Below, one piece after another: positions 27,674 through 41,788 of a DNA stretch of 64,000 bases. The stretch is from an uncultured Nevskia sp. (GTDB lineage Bacteria; Pseudomonadota; Gammaproteobacteria; Nevskiales; Nevskiaceae), in the NCBI GenBank assembly GCA_964458725.1, contig CAYWPB010000001.1, positions 10,138-74,137 on the forward strand, in the 5' to 3' direction. Position 1 is the first letter of the stretch, and every line of letters begins with the position of its first letter. The position numbers and the translations under genes were made by a program. Under the pieces are notes generated by a model that saw only the letters and a list, made by a program, of their open reading frames with translations, had not been told where the DNA came from and made no database searches.

Positions 27674-29119
27674 TCAGCCGCCCTGGTCGGCGATCGCATA
27701 GACGCCCTGTTGCCGCGCAGCTGCGGCAGCGGGATACGTCTGGTGGGGCGTGAATTGCGGTTCTCCGAAATACTGTTGCAGGCGCTGGTCGAGCAGGCAA
27801 CGCGCCGTGGCGGCGGTGGCGAACGTCACAATGGCGAAATTGACGCTCAGCACGCTCAGCCAGTGCGTCTCGGACAGATTGGTGATGCCCTGTTGCAGGA
27901 ACAACGCCAGGAACAGGGCGCCCTGGGAGCGGTCGTGGCGGACCAGGGCGAGGGACTGCCTCAGATACACGACCAGATAGCCGACCAGGCAGACCAGGCC
28001 GGCAACACCGAGGTCATTGACCACCTCCATGTATCCGTTGTGTGCCGAGCCTGGATAGAAATGCATGCGCAGCACGAATTCCACCGAGGGTGAGCCGAGT
28101 ATCGGCACCCAATAGGCGCCGTATCCGGTGCCGAAATACGGGTGGAGGCTGACGTGTTCGGTGATGATCGACCAGATCTCGCTTCGGCCGGTGAACGACA
28201 GGTCCTTGCCGGTCAGGGCGACGATGGGCTGCAGCAGCAGGTCGAGGCCAGGTACCAGCCGCAGGATGGCCAGCGAATAGATCAGGAGCAGGGTCGCAAA
28301 CAGACCGACCATGTAGGGCATGTAGCGGTGCAGGTTGCGCGGTGCGCGCAGGAACAGCAGCAGGAACGCCACCACGAACGTCGCCGTGATCAGCGAGGTT
28401 GAACTGCGCGACAGGACCAGGCAGGCAAAGCTGGCGGCCAGCCCGCCGATCGCCATGAGCGGCCGCGTATCCCGCGTCAGCCAGGCGTGGACCCACAGGA
28501 TGACGCCGATGCAGGACAGCGCGCCCAGACTGTTCTTGTGGTTGGTCAGGCCACGCCATGCGCCCACCAGCTCGTAGGACTGTTCCTGATGAATCGCCAG
28601 CGCCGGGGCCAGCGCGCCGAAAGCCAGCGATCCGACGAGCAGGAGGGTCACGATCGGCCGGACCACGGCCTGGAAGCGGTGCATGTGCCATCCGATCAGC
28701 ACGAAGGCCACGGCGTCGAGCAACACCGTCACCAGGCGTGTGGTGCGGCGCACCGTTACCACGGGATCGATGGACCAGGCCGCGCTGCAGACGGCGAGGA
28801 TGACAAACGCCACCAGGAATGGATTGATCCAGCGCAGCGTCAGCCAGGTAAGGCCGATGCGCCAGGCGATGATGATCAATGCGAAGCCGAGCAACGCCAG
28901 CCACAGCACGCGGCTGACGGCTCCTCCGGACATTGGCGCGGCGGCTGCCAGGGCGGCATAGTCGAGCCGGTCCGGCACGACCAGCAGGGTGATCAGCGCC
29001 CATGCCATGCCTGTTGCAAGAATGGAGTAGCGGCTGTCCGGCAGCCAGGTGGAGCCGGCTGTCGTGGAACGCGCGTCCGGCAAATGATTGACCGCGGGAG
29101 CATTGTAGATTGCGTTCAA
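27674..29119 (-). CDS. Wzy polymerase / O-antigen ligase family (ExoQ-like)
   Basis: Multi-TM; SAAWS.DP..T.RR, HKN.LG, SRSSTS, TGR..IW, G.GYG..W, AHNGY. Confidence 0.85.
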   Translation of the reverse strand: MNAIYNAPAVNHLPDARSTTAGSTWLPDSRYSILATGMAWALITLLVVPDRLDYAALAAAAPMSGGAVSRVLWLALLGFALIIIAWRIGLTWLTLRWINPFLVAFVILAVCSAAWSIDPVVTVRRTTRLVTVLLDAVAFVLIGWHMHRFQAVVRPIVTLLLVGSLAFGALAPALAIHQEQSYELVGAWRGLTNHKNSLGALSCIGVILWVHAWLTRDTRPLMAIGGLAASFACLVLSRSSTSLITATFVVAFLLLFLRAPRNLHRYMPYMVGLFATLLLIYSLAILRLVPGLDLLLQPIVALTGKDLSFTGRSEIWSIITEHVSLHPYFGTGYGAYWVPILGSPSVEFVLRMHFYPGSAHNGYMEVVNDLGVAGLVCLVGYLVVYLRQSLALVRHDRSQGALFLALFLQQGITNLSETHWLSVLSVNFAIVTFATAATARCLLDQRLQQYFGEPQFTPHQTYPAAAAARQQGVYAIADQGG

Positions 29120-29207
29120 GCGCCCCCCACCTGCGAAACCACCCGGGCGGGGAGGCCGACCGGTATCGCCCGTAATGCTTTCGAGGGACCTTTGGCGTAC
29201 ATGATCT

Positions 29208-30068
29208 TCAGAAGTGATTGATGACAGCGCCGAGGATCTGCGACTGTGTCGCCGACAGCCTGCGCAGCAGATCCTTGGTCTCCCGATAGCTGGTGTGCTG
29301 TGCCCGGCTCAATATGAGGACCCGGCCGATCAGCTTGGCCACGGCGAGCCCGTCCGAGTAGCGGTCGACCGGCGAGGTATCCAGGACCACGAATGAAAAG
29401 GTCCAGCGCCACTCTTCCACCACCCGTTCGAAGCGCGAGTCGGACAGCAGCTCCAGAGGATTGTGCTGGGTGGAGCCGGCGGGGAGGACGAACAGCTGCG
29501 GCAAGCCCTGCACCGGATGCAGGCAGGGCGCGGTGTCCTCGGTCAAGGCGTCGGACAAACCCCGCTGGTTGTCGGCACCGAAGAGGAGGTGCTGGGTGGG
29601 GTGACGCAGATCGGCGTCCACCAACAGCGTCGGCTGGCCGATCTGGGCGAAGGCGATCGCGAGTTCCGCCGCAAGATAGGAACGGCCCTCGCCGGAACCC
29701 GGGCTGAGCATGGCTACGCAATCGGCCTGTCCGGCGGCGCCGCGTCGCAGCAGCAGCTCGGTTCTGAGCGCCCGGACTTTTTCGCTGTGGGCGCTGTAGG
29801 GGTCGTTCACCAACGTCAGCTTGTCGCTCGGAATCAGGCGATTGCGCTGGACCAGGGTGATCCCCCGATCCCGGGTCCGCACGGCATTGATGTCTTCCTG
29901 GGTCACCAGGTGAAGGGCAAGCGCGGCCTCTGCGAAGCCGAGTCCGAGCGTCGCCTCGGCAGTCCTGATCCTGCCGATCATCGACGGCGACAGCGAACAG
30001 CGCCGGATCAGCGAAGACTTGATCAGGTTCTCGGAATACGTTGACGCGTCGTTGGCGGTGGCGCTCAT
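29208..30068 (-). CDS. epsG: EpsG/CpsD-type BY-kinase domain of chain-length regulator
   Basis: E.VRALRTELL, Walker A GEGRS, Walker A' LLVDADLR.P, Walker B VVLDTSP, ILGAVIN. Confidence 0.8.
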   Translation of the reverse strand: MSATANDASTYSENLIKSSLIRRCSLSPSMIGRIRTAEATLGLGFAEAALALHLVTQEDINAVRTRDRGITLVQRNRLIPSDKLTLVNDPYSAHSEKVRALRTELLLRRGAAGQADCVAMLSPGSGEGRSYLAAELAIAFAQIGQPTLLVDADLRHPTQHLLFGADNQRGLSDALTEDTAPCLHPVQGLPQLFVLPAGSTQHNPLELLSDSRFERVVEEWRWTFSFVVLDTSPVDRYSDGLAVAKLIGRVLILSRAQHTSYRETKDLLRRLSATQSQILGAVINHF

Positions 30069-31504
30069 GCGATGGCCTTGGGTCGCCGGCCCGGTGAAAA
30101 CTCGGTCAGGACCGGGATGCCGTGGTCGCGTTCGAGATCATCGCGGCAGCGCACCCGACGGTTCAGCATCTCGTACACCAGAGGAGCCGCGATGGATAAG
30201 AACAGGGCGATGACGCAGCTCAGCAGCAGCAGCTTGGCCGTATTGGGCTTGTCGGCTCTCTGTGGAGGGGTTGCGCGGCTGATGAAGCGGATGTTGGTGT
30301 AGTGCCCGCTGGACGCGACCATGATCTGATCGTAGCTGTCGAGCGCGCGTTTATAAACGGTCTGGGCCGAATCGAGCTCCAGCGTGTATTTCGCCGCCTC
30401 GTCCTGCAACTGGCGCAGGCCGAGGACCTTGCTCTTCTGCTCTTCCACGGCCTTCTGCAGCTTCTGCACCATCTGCCGTGACGAAGCGAGCTGGGCAGAC
30501 GCGCTGGTACCGTAGGATTGCAGCTCTTCCGCCAGTGAGCGCTTGGTGGCGGCCATCTGCGATTGCAGCTCCAGCACCAGCGGATGCTGCGGGCCAAGGG
30601 AGGTGCTGTACTCGGCTAGCTTGGCCTGCTGCGAGGCAAGCTGGCCCTTGAGCGACTGGACCAGCTGGGACGACAGCGCCTGGCCCGCCACCGATTGGTC
30701 GGCGGACGCGCTGACCTCGGCGGCGCGGGTGGCGTTCTGGGCCTCCAGCAGCCGCTGCTCCAGCGCCGACAGGAGTTCCATGTCGACATCGATGTGCACG
30801 TCGGAGCCGATCAGGCCGGTCCGCTGCCGGAACTCGGTGACCCGATCCTGGGCCCGGCTGACCTTGGCTTTCAGTTCTTCGAGCTGGCTGGTGTAACGCT
30901 GCGCTCGCTCGCTCGCGGGTCCCGTCTGGCGCTGGTATTGTTGATCGGAATAGACGTCGGCCACCGCGTTGGCGATCGCGGCGGCGTCGTCCGGATTTTC
31001 CGCGGCATAGGTGACGTAGATCATCTGGCTGCCGTAATGGCCTTGCTCGATCGTCAGGTTCTTGGCCAGGCTCTTCTGCACCCAGTCCTTGAGCGAACTG
31101 CCGGCGCCGGTGTAGCCCGCGCTGTAGTCGCGCCGGCTGGTGAGCTTCAGCCGCTCGATCACGGGCTGCAGGACTTCCGAGCTTTGCATCAGCTCGATCT
31201 GCGTGGCGATGTAGCTGCCCATCAGGCCGATCGGAAACTCCTCGCCGGCCAGCGGATCGTTGACCTGGTAGTTGACCATCAGCGTCGCGGTGGCGACGTA
31301 GCGCCGCGGCAGAACCTTGATGATCGTGCAGGAGACGGCGATGATGCACAGTGCAATCGCCAGCATTTGCTTGCGGTACGCGAGCAGTATGGACAGGATC
31401 TGGGAAAGCGAGACGCCGGGGTTTACGTAGCTGAGGGGGATCGCCGCCGGAGCCAGCATCACCGGTTGCTGTGCCGGAAAAACGGGCAAGTTGGAGCGGG
31501 CCAT
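30065..31504 (-). CDS. epsF: EpsF/Wzz-type chain-length determinant (polysaccharide co-polymerase)
   Basis: Two TM segments flanking coiled coils; YIATQIELMQS, GPQHP.V, A.PP....KPN. Confidence 0.82.
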   Translation of the reverse strand: MARSNLPVFPAQQPVMLAPAAIPLSYVNPGVSLSQILSILLAYRKQMLAIALCIIAVSCTIIKVLPRRYVATATLMVNYQVNDPLAGEEFPIGLMGSYIATQIELMQSSEVLQPVIERLKLTSRRDYSAGYTGAGSSLKDWVQKSLAKNLTIEQGHYGSQMIYVTYAAENPDDAAAIANAVADVYSDQQYQRQTGPASERAQRYTSQLEELKAKVSRAQDRVTEFRQRTGLIGSDVHIDVDMELLSALEQRLLEAQNATRAAEVSASADQSVAGQALSSQLVQSLKGQLASQQAKLAEYSTSLGPQHPLVLELQSQMAATKRSLAEELQSYGTSASAQLASSRQMVQKLQKAVEEQKSKVLGLRQLQDEAAKYTLELDSAQTVYKRALDSYDQIMVASSGHYTNIRFISRATPPQRADKPNTAKLLLLSCVIALFLSIAAPLVYEMLNRRVRCRDDLERDHGIPVLTEFSPGRRPKAIA

Positions 31505-32445
31505 CAGAATATCCGTTCCTTCACGCGCACCACGTCGTCGGCTTGAAGCTGGTCGTTGAGGGAAGCCCGGATGGTTTCATAGACCCCATCGGCGTTGCGT
31601 CGCTTGATCTCGATACGACTGTCGCTGCCGCGCTGGGTGATTCCGCCGCTGCGTGAAATGGCCTGTAACACCGTCATCCCGGGTTCCAGGCGGTACATGT
31701 TGGGAGACTGTACTTCTCCGAAAATGTAGAACTGGCTGGCGCGCGGTACGAAGACCACGTCTCCGCCGTGCAGGGTCTGGACCGGGATGCCGCGCTTGTC
31801 GTCGGTCAGGCCCTTCAGGTCGATCGGATAGCGGGAGACATGGCCGTCCTTGTCGGGCCGGAGCAGATAGATGAGGTCAGCCCCGTTTTCGGTGACCCCG
31901 CCGGCTTGCGCCAGCAGATCGAAAACGGTGAGTTTCGAATCGACCGGGAAGCGTGCCGGCGACCGGACCGCGCCCAGTACCGAGACCTGCTGGCTGCGCA
32001 GCTGGTTGAGGATGATGGTGACCTGCGGATTGACCAGAAACTGTCCGTTACGCAGCGCCGCGGCAACCCGTTGCGACGCTGCTGCCGGGGACAGGCCGGC
32101 GACCTGGACCGGTCCGGCCAACGGCACCGGGATGGTGCCGTCATCCGAGACATAGGTGGTTGTCGCCAGCTCCGGACGCCCGAACACCTGGATGTTGACG
32201 GTGTCGCCTACGCCCAGCTGCAGCACGGCCGCCGTATCATCCGACGCCGGTTCCGCTGCCGCTGCGGCGCTTGCTGTTGCCGACGGCGCCGGACTGGCGA
32301 TGGATGCCATCTTCGGCGCATCCTGTGCCATCGCGCCAGAAGGGGTGAAACAGCAGGCAACCAGGGCTGCTAGGCTGATAGCGCCACATGACAGGGTTGA
32401 GAACCCTGGCCGAAATGAAACGTGCATGCCCCTGATGGTGTTCAT
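31504..32445 (-). CDS. epsE: EpsE/Wza-type polysaccharide export protein (two SLBB domains)
   Basis: LG.GD.V.I.VFG.PEL, V..DG.I..PL.G.V, NPQV, VLGAV..P, IFGEV..P..Y, C-terminal VKERIF. Confidence 0.85.
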   Translation of the reverse strand: MNTIRGMHVSFRPGFSTLSCGAISLAALVACCFTPSGAMAQDAPKMASIASPAPSATASAAAAAEPASDDTAAVLQLGVGDTVNIQVFGRPELATTTYVSDDGTIPVPLAGPVQVAGLSPAAASQRVAAALRNGQFLVNPQVTIILNQLRSQQVSVLGAVRSPARFPVDSKLTVFDLLAQAGGVTENGADLIYLLRPDKDGHVSRYPIDLKGLTDDKRGIPVQTLHGGDVVFVPRASQFYIFGEVQSPNMYRLEPGMTVLQAISRSGGITQRGSDSRIEIKRRNADGVYETIRASLNDQLQADDVVRVKERIF

Positions 32446-32544
32446 ACTCGCGGAGCCCCAGATCCCAGTTTGTAGGAAGCCATTGGCCAGTCATCCGAGG
32501 ACGTGGCCTGTGGGGAGGATTGTCCATGCGGGTGCCAGGTATGC

Positions 32545-32563
32545 GTCTGTGCGCGATCGAACA
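32545..32563 (-). promoter_or_regulatory. Crp-like box facing the epsE operon (TGTTCG-ATCG-CGCACA-GAC on minus strand)
   Basis: Plus strand GTC-TGTGCG-CGAT-CGAACA in the divergent epsE/NRPS intergenic region. Confidence 0.7.
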
Positions 32564-32625
32564 CAGGACATGGACCTGATCGCGCAGGCGGAATGGGTGC
32601 ATGTGGCGCTGCGCCCCTGCACGAG

Positions 32626-32668
32626 TGTGTGGGAGCGAACAGACGTCAGGGGCGTCCGCCCCTAGTTT
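32626..32668 (+). promoter_or_regulatory. Crp-like box plus -10 element of the terminal NRPS promoter
   Basis: TGTGTG-GGAG-CGAACA-GAC, then TAGTTT 21 nt after the core (class II geometry). Confidence 0.7.
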
Positions 32669-32858
32669 CATCACCCATCGGTTGCCAGCGCTGCCCGGGC
32701 GCGCCCCGCGCCGCGCTGGGCGCTACGCGCGATCGTGCGTTCGCCGAACAGGGGGATATGGGGATGCCGGAAACTGTGCACTTGTCCCGGGCAGGGTTGC
32801 CCCTTTCGGCAGCCGCAGCCGGACCGCGGCCCCGCGAATCGAAGGTCCCGGAAGCCGG

Positions 32859-36986
<4,128 letters not shown>

Positions 36987-37032
36987 GTCTCTGGCGCGCT
37001 CCTGACTCGGTGCGCCCTGGTGGAGCAGCACC

Positions 37033-38427
37033 ATGCATCCACTCGAGGTGATACTGATCCTGGCCTGTCTGGCGCCGCTGCTTCTTTTCGTGGCGCTGCC
37101 AGGACGTCCGTTGCCGGCCTGGATGCCGTTGATCGTCGGTCTGCTGCTGGTGTTGGATCTGACCATCGCCGGACCTCGCTGGATGATGCTGCCCATGTAT
37201 CCGGCAGCGCTTGCCGGGGTCGGGCTTGCCGTGCTGCGCCTGAGCGCCGAATCCCGTCCGGCGCTCGTCGTCGCCTGGGGTAGCCTGTTCCTGCTCGGGG
37301 GTGCGTTGAGTCTGGGCCTGGTCTCGCCGGCGCGCGAGGAAGTACCGCCTGGTGGACGCTTCGGTGCCGGGGTCATCGTTGATAGTCCCGGCATAGCGGC
37401 TGCCGCGAGCGGTGCGGCAGGGGAGGGTGCGTCGCCGGTTCTGAGGATCTGGTATCCAACCGCGGCGGCGAATCAGGCTGGCATGGCGCCCGGTCTGCCG
37501 GCGTTTCTGCGAAGCTGGTTCGCCGCTGCACCGCCGGCGCTGGCCGCGGCCGGCGCCGGTGGATTCCCGGTTCTCGTCGGGATTCCCGGTTGGGATGGAG
37601 CGCGGGTGGAGAACACCGCCCTGGTGCGCGAACTGGTCAGCCATGGTTTTGTCGTCGCCACCCTCGAATATCCGCCGCCGGCCGCCGATACGCCCGATGC
37701 AACTGCGGCGCTGGATCAACGCAGGCTTCGCAGCCCGATGGATTTCTCGTCCGAGGCGGCATTCAACGACACGGTGCGGCGCGGCGATCAACTGACCCGG
37801 ACCCGGGCGCATGACGCGATCCGCGTGCTCGATCGCCTCGCCAGGTTGAATTCGTCTGATCCCACCGGACGTTTTACGCATCGCCTGGATCTCGCGCATG
37901 CCGGCGTGTTCGGCTTCTCGCTCGGCGGCGCGGTGGCGGCACAGGCCTGCTGGCAGGACGAAAGGTTCCGTGCCGCGGTCAACATGGACGGCTGGCGGTT
38001 CGCCGATGCGGCGCAGTATGGATTGCGCCAGCCCTATCTCCTGCTGAGCGAGGATGGACCCTTGCCGACCGAGTCGGATCTGACGGCCAGCAATCCGGTC
38101 CATCGTTATACGGCCGCGCTGAACCTGCTCGACTATCAGCGGACCGTCCGGAGCTTTCGCCGCTACGGCGGCCTCTACGTGAGAATTTCCGGCAGCCGGC
38201 ACCAGAATTTCGCAGGCCAGGCCACACCTTTGTGGCAGGGCAGCGCCGGTATCGCCGTCCAGCGGGTGGTCGAGATCGTCAATACCTACGTTCTGGCCTT
38301 CTTCGAAAAATATCTGGACGGGCTTGATTCACCCCTGCTGGCCGGAGACTCCCAGGCGATGCCAGAAGCGCACGTCCAGGTATGGACCGCGGAGGCCGTC
38401 AAAGCCCGCACCGCCGCAAATTCGTAG
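37033..38427 (+). CDS. Membrane-anchored alpha/beta hydrolase (PAF-acetylhydrolase-like)
   Basis: Four N-terminal TM segments; LRIWYP, FPVLV, ELVSHGFVV, nucleophile GFSLGG, NMDG, HQNF. Confidence 0.78.
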   Translation: MHPLEVILILACLAPLLLFVALPGRPLPAWMPLIVGLLLVLDLTIAGPRWMMLPMYPAALAGVGLAVLRLSAESRPALVVAWGSLFLLGGALSLGLVSPAREEVPPGGRFGAGVIVDSPGIAAAASGAAGEGASPVLRIWYPTAAANQAGMAPGLPAFLRSWFAAAPPALAAAGAGGFPVLVGIPGWDGARVENTALVRELVSHGFVVATLEYPPPAADTPDATAALDQRRLRSPMDFSSEAAFNDTVRRGDQLTRTRAHDAIRVLDRLARLNSSDPTGRFTHRLDLAHAGVFGFSLGGAVAAQACWQDERFRAAVNMDGWRFADAAQYGLRQPYLLLSEDGPLPTESDLTASNPVHRYTAALNLLDYQRTVRSFRRYGGLYVRISGSRHQNFAGQATPLWQGSAGIAVQRVVEIVNTYVLAFFEKYLDGLDSPLLAGDSQAMPEAHVQVWTAEAVKARTAANS

Positions 38428-38455
38428 AGATCCGCGGCGTCCGGCGGACGACCAC

Positions 38456-39904
38456 TTATGCCTTGCGTGGATGCAGCAGGGTTCTGCCGAGGCTCGATCC
38501 GAGTTCCGGCCGCACCAGCAGCAGGCAGCCGACATAGCTGAGGGCGCCGACCGCGAGCAGGGCCAGCAACAACGGCACGCCGCTGAGATATCTCTGCAGC
38601 AGGGGCTCGAGCAGGGAAACCCCGGCTCCCATGAGTGCGGCTGCAAAAAAAGCCCCAGCCTGCGCCGCCAGGATGGCCCGGACGGGAATGCCGCACTTGC
38701 GCTGCAGTATGGCTAGCGGCATCGGCAATATGACCAGGGGGCGCAAGGCCATGCCGATCGCGGCTGCCACCAGTCCGATGGGTGCCGTGACCAGCACTAC
38801 CAGCACGGCGCTGAGCGTTTGAACGGTGGAAACCAGCGCCTCCGTCGACTGCCGGTTGGTCGCCAGCAGGATGGCTGTGGTGCAGTAGATGCTCACGCCC
38901 GGCACGCCCATGAGCAGCAATAGCTGCGCGGGAACGATGGCCCCCGACCAGTGCGCGTCGAGCCAGGTGCGGAACAGCGTCGGCACGATGGCGGCACCGC
39001 CGATGAACAGGGGGAAGCACAGAGTGCTGAGCTGCCCGAACATGCGCAGCGCGGCCCGACCCAGCGCGGGTGTGTCGTCGGCGAAGCGCCGCAGGTTGAC
39101 CCGCTCCACCGTCACCTTCGGCTCGAGGGCGATCTGCGAAAGGATGTCGTTGAGCCGCGCCGCCAGGCTGAACAGGCCTACTTCGGTGGTCCCGAGGAAA
39201 AGACCGAACAGCAGGCGGGGAATCTGTCCGGAGGCCCAGTTCATGGTGCGGGAGAAGATGACGGCGATGGCGAAGTGCCGTAGCTCCATGAAGTGACGAT
39301 GCGACCAGGCCAGGCGGAACCGCAGCGGCACCATCTGCCACAGTGTCACCGCGGCCACCAGTCGTTGCACGATGGCCTGCCAGACCAGGGCCCATACGCC
39401 GAAGCCGGCGAGGGTCAGCGCCAGTCCGACGGCACCGCCGCAGACGGCGCCGGCGATGGCCCGCACGGCGGTGGACTGGAAGCGCATATCGCGCTTGACC
39501 GATGCCGTGGGGGCGGCCGACAAGGCCGAAATGACCGGCAGCATGCTCATGACGCGCAGCACGTCCCCGAGTTCCGGATCGCCGAACCAGGCCGCAAACG
39601 GGTCGGCGCCGAGGATGAACAGACATCCGGCCAGCACCGCGAGCACCAGGTTGCCCAGGCTCATGGTGTGGAAATGCAGGTCTTCGATCTTCTTGATGGA
39701 AATCAGGGCTTCGGTCGCCGCCGAGCCCAGAACGAATTCGCAGAAGCCGATCAGCACCATCACGACCGAAATCACCCCGAACGGATGGGGGCCCAACAGC
39801 GGTGCCTGGATGGCAAAGACCAGGATTGAAAAGCCCTGCTGGAACAGGGTTTGAAAAGCGACCCAGCCGGTCGGCGATGCTTTGCGGAACAGTCGGGGCA
39901 TCAA
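38456..39904 (-). CDS. Second Wzx flippase (WzxC/PST family)
   Basis: LGP..FG, EALI, R.MRF...A.R, G.GVWALV.Q..V; about 12-14 TM segments. Confidence 0.85.
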   Translation of the reverse strand: MMPRLFRKASPTGWVAFQTLFQQGFSILVFAIQAPLLGPHPFGVISVVMVLIGFCEFVLGSAATEALISIKKIEDLHFHTMSLGNLVLAVLAGCLFILGADPFAAWFGDPELGDVLRVMSMLPVISALSAAPTASVKRDMRFQSTAVRAIAGAVCGGAVGLALTLAGFGVWALVWQAIVQRLVAAVTLWQMVPLRFRLAWSHRHFMELRHFAIAVIFSRTMNWASGQIPRLLFGLFLGTTEVGLFSLAARLNDILSQIALEPKVTVERVNLRRFADDTPALGRAALRMFGQLSTLCFPLFIGGAAIVPTLFRTWLDAHWSGAIVPAQLLLLMGVPGVSIYCTTAILLATNRQSTEALVSTVQTLSAVLVVLVTAPIGLVAAAIGMALRPLVILPMPLAILQRKCGIPVRAILAAQAGAFFAAALMGAGVSLLEPLLQRYLSGVPLLLALLAVGALSYVGCLLLVRPELGSSLGRTLLHPRKA

Positions 39905-39925
39905 GTCGTCCTGGGCGGCCGCGGA

Positions 39926-40822
39926 TCAGGGCCGCTGGCCGGCCAGTGCCCGCCGCGCGGCATCGCGAACCGGCATGGCCAGCGTCATAGCCGCGGCTTT
40001 CGCCGCATCCACCGCCGGATGACGCCCCGGCTGGCTGGTGGCGACGCCGAGTTTGCGCATGTAGTGATTGAAGGCCCGCGTGCGGCCCAGCGATCTGCCG
40101 GAGCGGGTCTCCACCACGAAGGAATACGAAATCGATCGGTGCCGGCAGGTTTCCACCCAGTGCGGCGAATTCTGCGGCTGGTGCAAACCCTTGCCGGGTC
40201 CGAGCCTGAAGACATGCTCGTGCGCGGGATCGCGTCCCGACAGCATCACCTGGCCGATGTTGACGATGCCGCTGACATAGAAGCGCTCGAGTTCGGCTTC
40301 CGTAAGGGTTTGCGGCGAATACACGTGATAGATCTTTTCGCCCTCGATCTGGAAGAAAAAGGCAATCTCGGGGTCGAAGTGGAACGGCGTGATGGTGCTG
40401 GCTGAGCTGACGAACACGGCCGACTCCAGGCGCAGGACCCCTTCGTCCGCCGGCACGCCACGCAGATCGCAGACCTGGCGGTACAGCACATCGAGCAACT
40501 CGCGGAATCCCGGATCGTGATTCTCAGGTCGCTTCAACAACACACGATAGTGTTCCTGTTCCAGCCGCTCGATCGCCTTGCCTGGCTGATAGGTCCCGTG
40601 GGGCACGGAGTAGAACTTGGCGCCCGGCTCGGGTGCGCCGGCAGCGACGAAGTAGTCCTGCGGGTGTGCGGAATACCGTTCGGCCAGGCGCAGCAGGTGC
40701 TCCATCCGGAACAGCTCCAGGCCGCTCAGGGTATGCGACAGGCCGAAGGGAGTCCGGTCGTAGCATCGTTCGACACCGGCTTCGTCCGGAACCAGGCGTG
40801 CGCGAAAGCGATTGATGTCCAT
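39926..40822 (-). CDS. JmjC/cupin-like Fe(II)/2-oxoglutarate oxygenase
   Basis: TPFHFDPE ... QIEGEK ... LGPGKGLHQPQNSPHWV (H-x-D...H triad). Confidence 0.75.
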   Translation of the reverse strand: MDINRFRARLVPDEAGVERCYDRTPFGLSHTLSGLELFRMEHLLRLAERYSAHPQDYFVAAGAPEPGAKFYSVPHGTYQPGKAIERLEQEHYRVLLKRPENHDPGFRELLDVLYRQVCDLRGVPADEGVLRLESAVFVSSASTITPFHFDPEIAFFFQIEGEKIYHVYSPQTLTEAELERFYVSGIVNIGQVMLSGRDPAHEHVFRLGPGKGLHQPQNSPHWVETCRHRSISYSFVVETRSGRSLGRTRAFNHYMRKLGVATSQPGRHPAVDAAKAAAMTLAMPVRDAARRALAGQRP

Positions 40823-40858
40823 ATGGCTCCGGACTGTTCCGGCTAGGGTCGATCCGCG

Positions 40859-41788
40859 CTAACGCGAGGCGGCGCGCCACAGGCCGCGCACTGCCGTGAT
40901 GCCGCTGCTTGAGGCGAGTTTCAGGCGGTCCCGCCAGGCCGATTCGCCCGGAGGCTTCGGGTGGATACCGAGCTGCCGCAGTTGCCGGTTGAGCTGGTAC
41001 AGGTGGGCCATGCGCTCGCCTGAGCGCAGATCGAAATTCAGGCTCACCGCGATCGACACGTTGTCGCCATTCTTGGCCCAGTGCGGCGCGGTGCATGGGA
41101 TGTGCACACCGCGGCCAGGCCTGAGGCGGTAGACCTTGGCTTCGTTCTGGCGATGCTCTTTCGGCCTGGCGCCATTGAAGTCGCCGCAATAGTAGTTCTC
41201 CAGTTCCTCGTGCGGCGTCAGCGACCGGTCGGTCTGGTCGAACACGCTGATGAGCTTGTCGCCCGCGACCTGCAGCAGATGGTTGACGTCGGCATCGATA
41301 TGGTAGGCGGTGATCCGCGCCGGCGAGGCGATCAGGATGGTCGCGCGGCCGGTGATGACGTCCTGGCGCATCGCCGGCCCCGACAGATGCACCACTTTCG
41401 ACAGCAGGCTCCGCATCAATGGCCCCAGCAGCGGATCGCGTTCGACGTGCCGCAGCATCACCAGGGAATCGTTGGTTGCAATGTTGGCGATCGTCTCGGG
41501 CAGGTCGTGCCGCGGCGTGCGGCCTTTTTCCCAGCGATCGCTCACCGCCACCGTGCCATGCGACCAGTAAGCGTGTTCGGCGTCGTCCGGCCTGCGCTGC
41601 GACAAGGCCACCAGGCTCGGCAGTTCCAGCAGTGGATGGCCCCACAAGCCGTGGCCGAAAGCGAAGCTCGACCGGTTGTAGTGGCGCGCGAATTGCGATT
41701 CGTCGTCCCAAAGCACGTCCTGCAGCGAAGCTGCGGCCGGTTGCGGCTGCTGCCCGGCAAAGGCGATGTCGTAGAGCCTAGCGTTCAC
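40859..41788 (-). CDS. JmjC/cupin-like Fe(II)/2-oxoglutarate oxygenase (paralog)
   Basis: TAYHIDAD ... QVAGDK ... LRPGRGVHIPCTAPHWA; GTG 41788 with RBS GGAGGG. Confidence 0.75.
   Translation of the reverse strand: MNARLYDIAFAGQQPQPAAASLQDVLWDDESQFARHYNRSSFAFGHGLWGHPLLELPSLVALSQRRPDDAEHAYWSHGTVAVSDRWEKGRTPRHDLPETIANIATNDSLVMLRHVERDPLLGPLMRSLLSKVVHLSGPAMRQDVITGRATILIASPARITAYHIDADVNHLLQVAGDKLISVFDQTDRSLTPHEELENYYCGDFNGARPKEHRQNEAKVYRLRPGRGVHIPCTAPHWAKNGDNVSIAVSLNFDLRSGERMAHLYQLNRQLRQLGIHPKPPGESAWRDRLKLASSSGITAVRGLWRAASR

Noticed and set aside
32601-32858. N-terminal extension of NRPS2 in the ORF track
   Set aside because: Overlaps the Crp box and -10 promoter elements; ATG 32859 is more plausible
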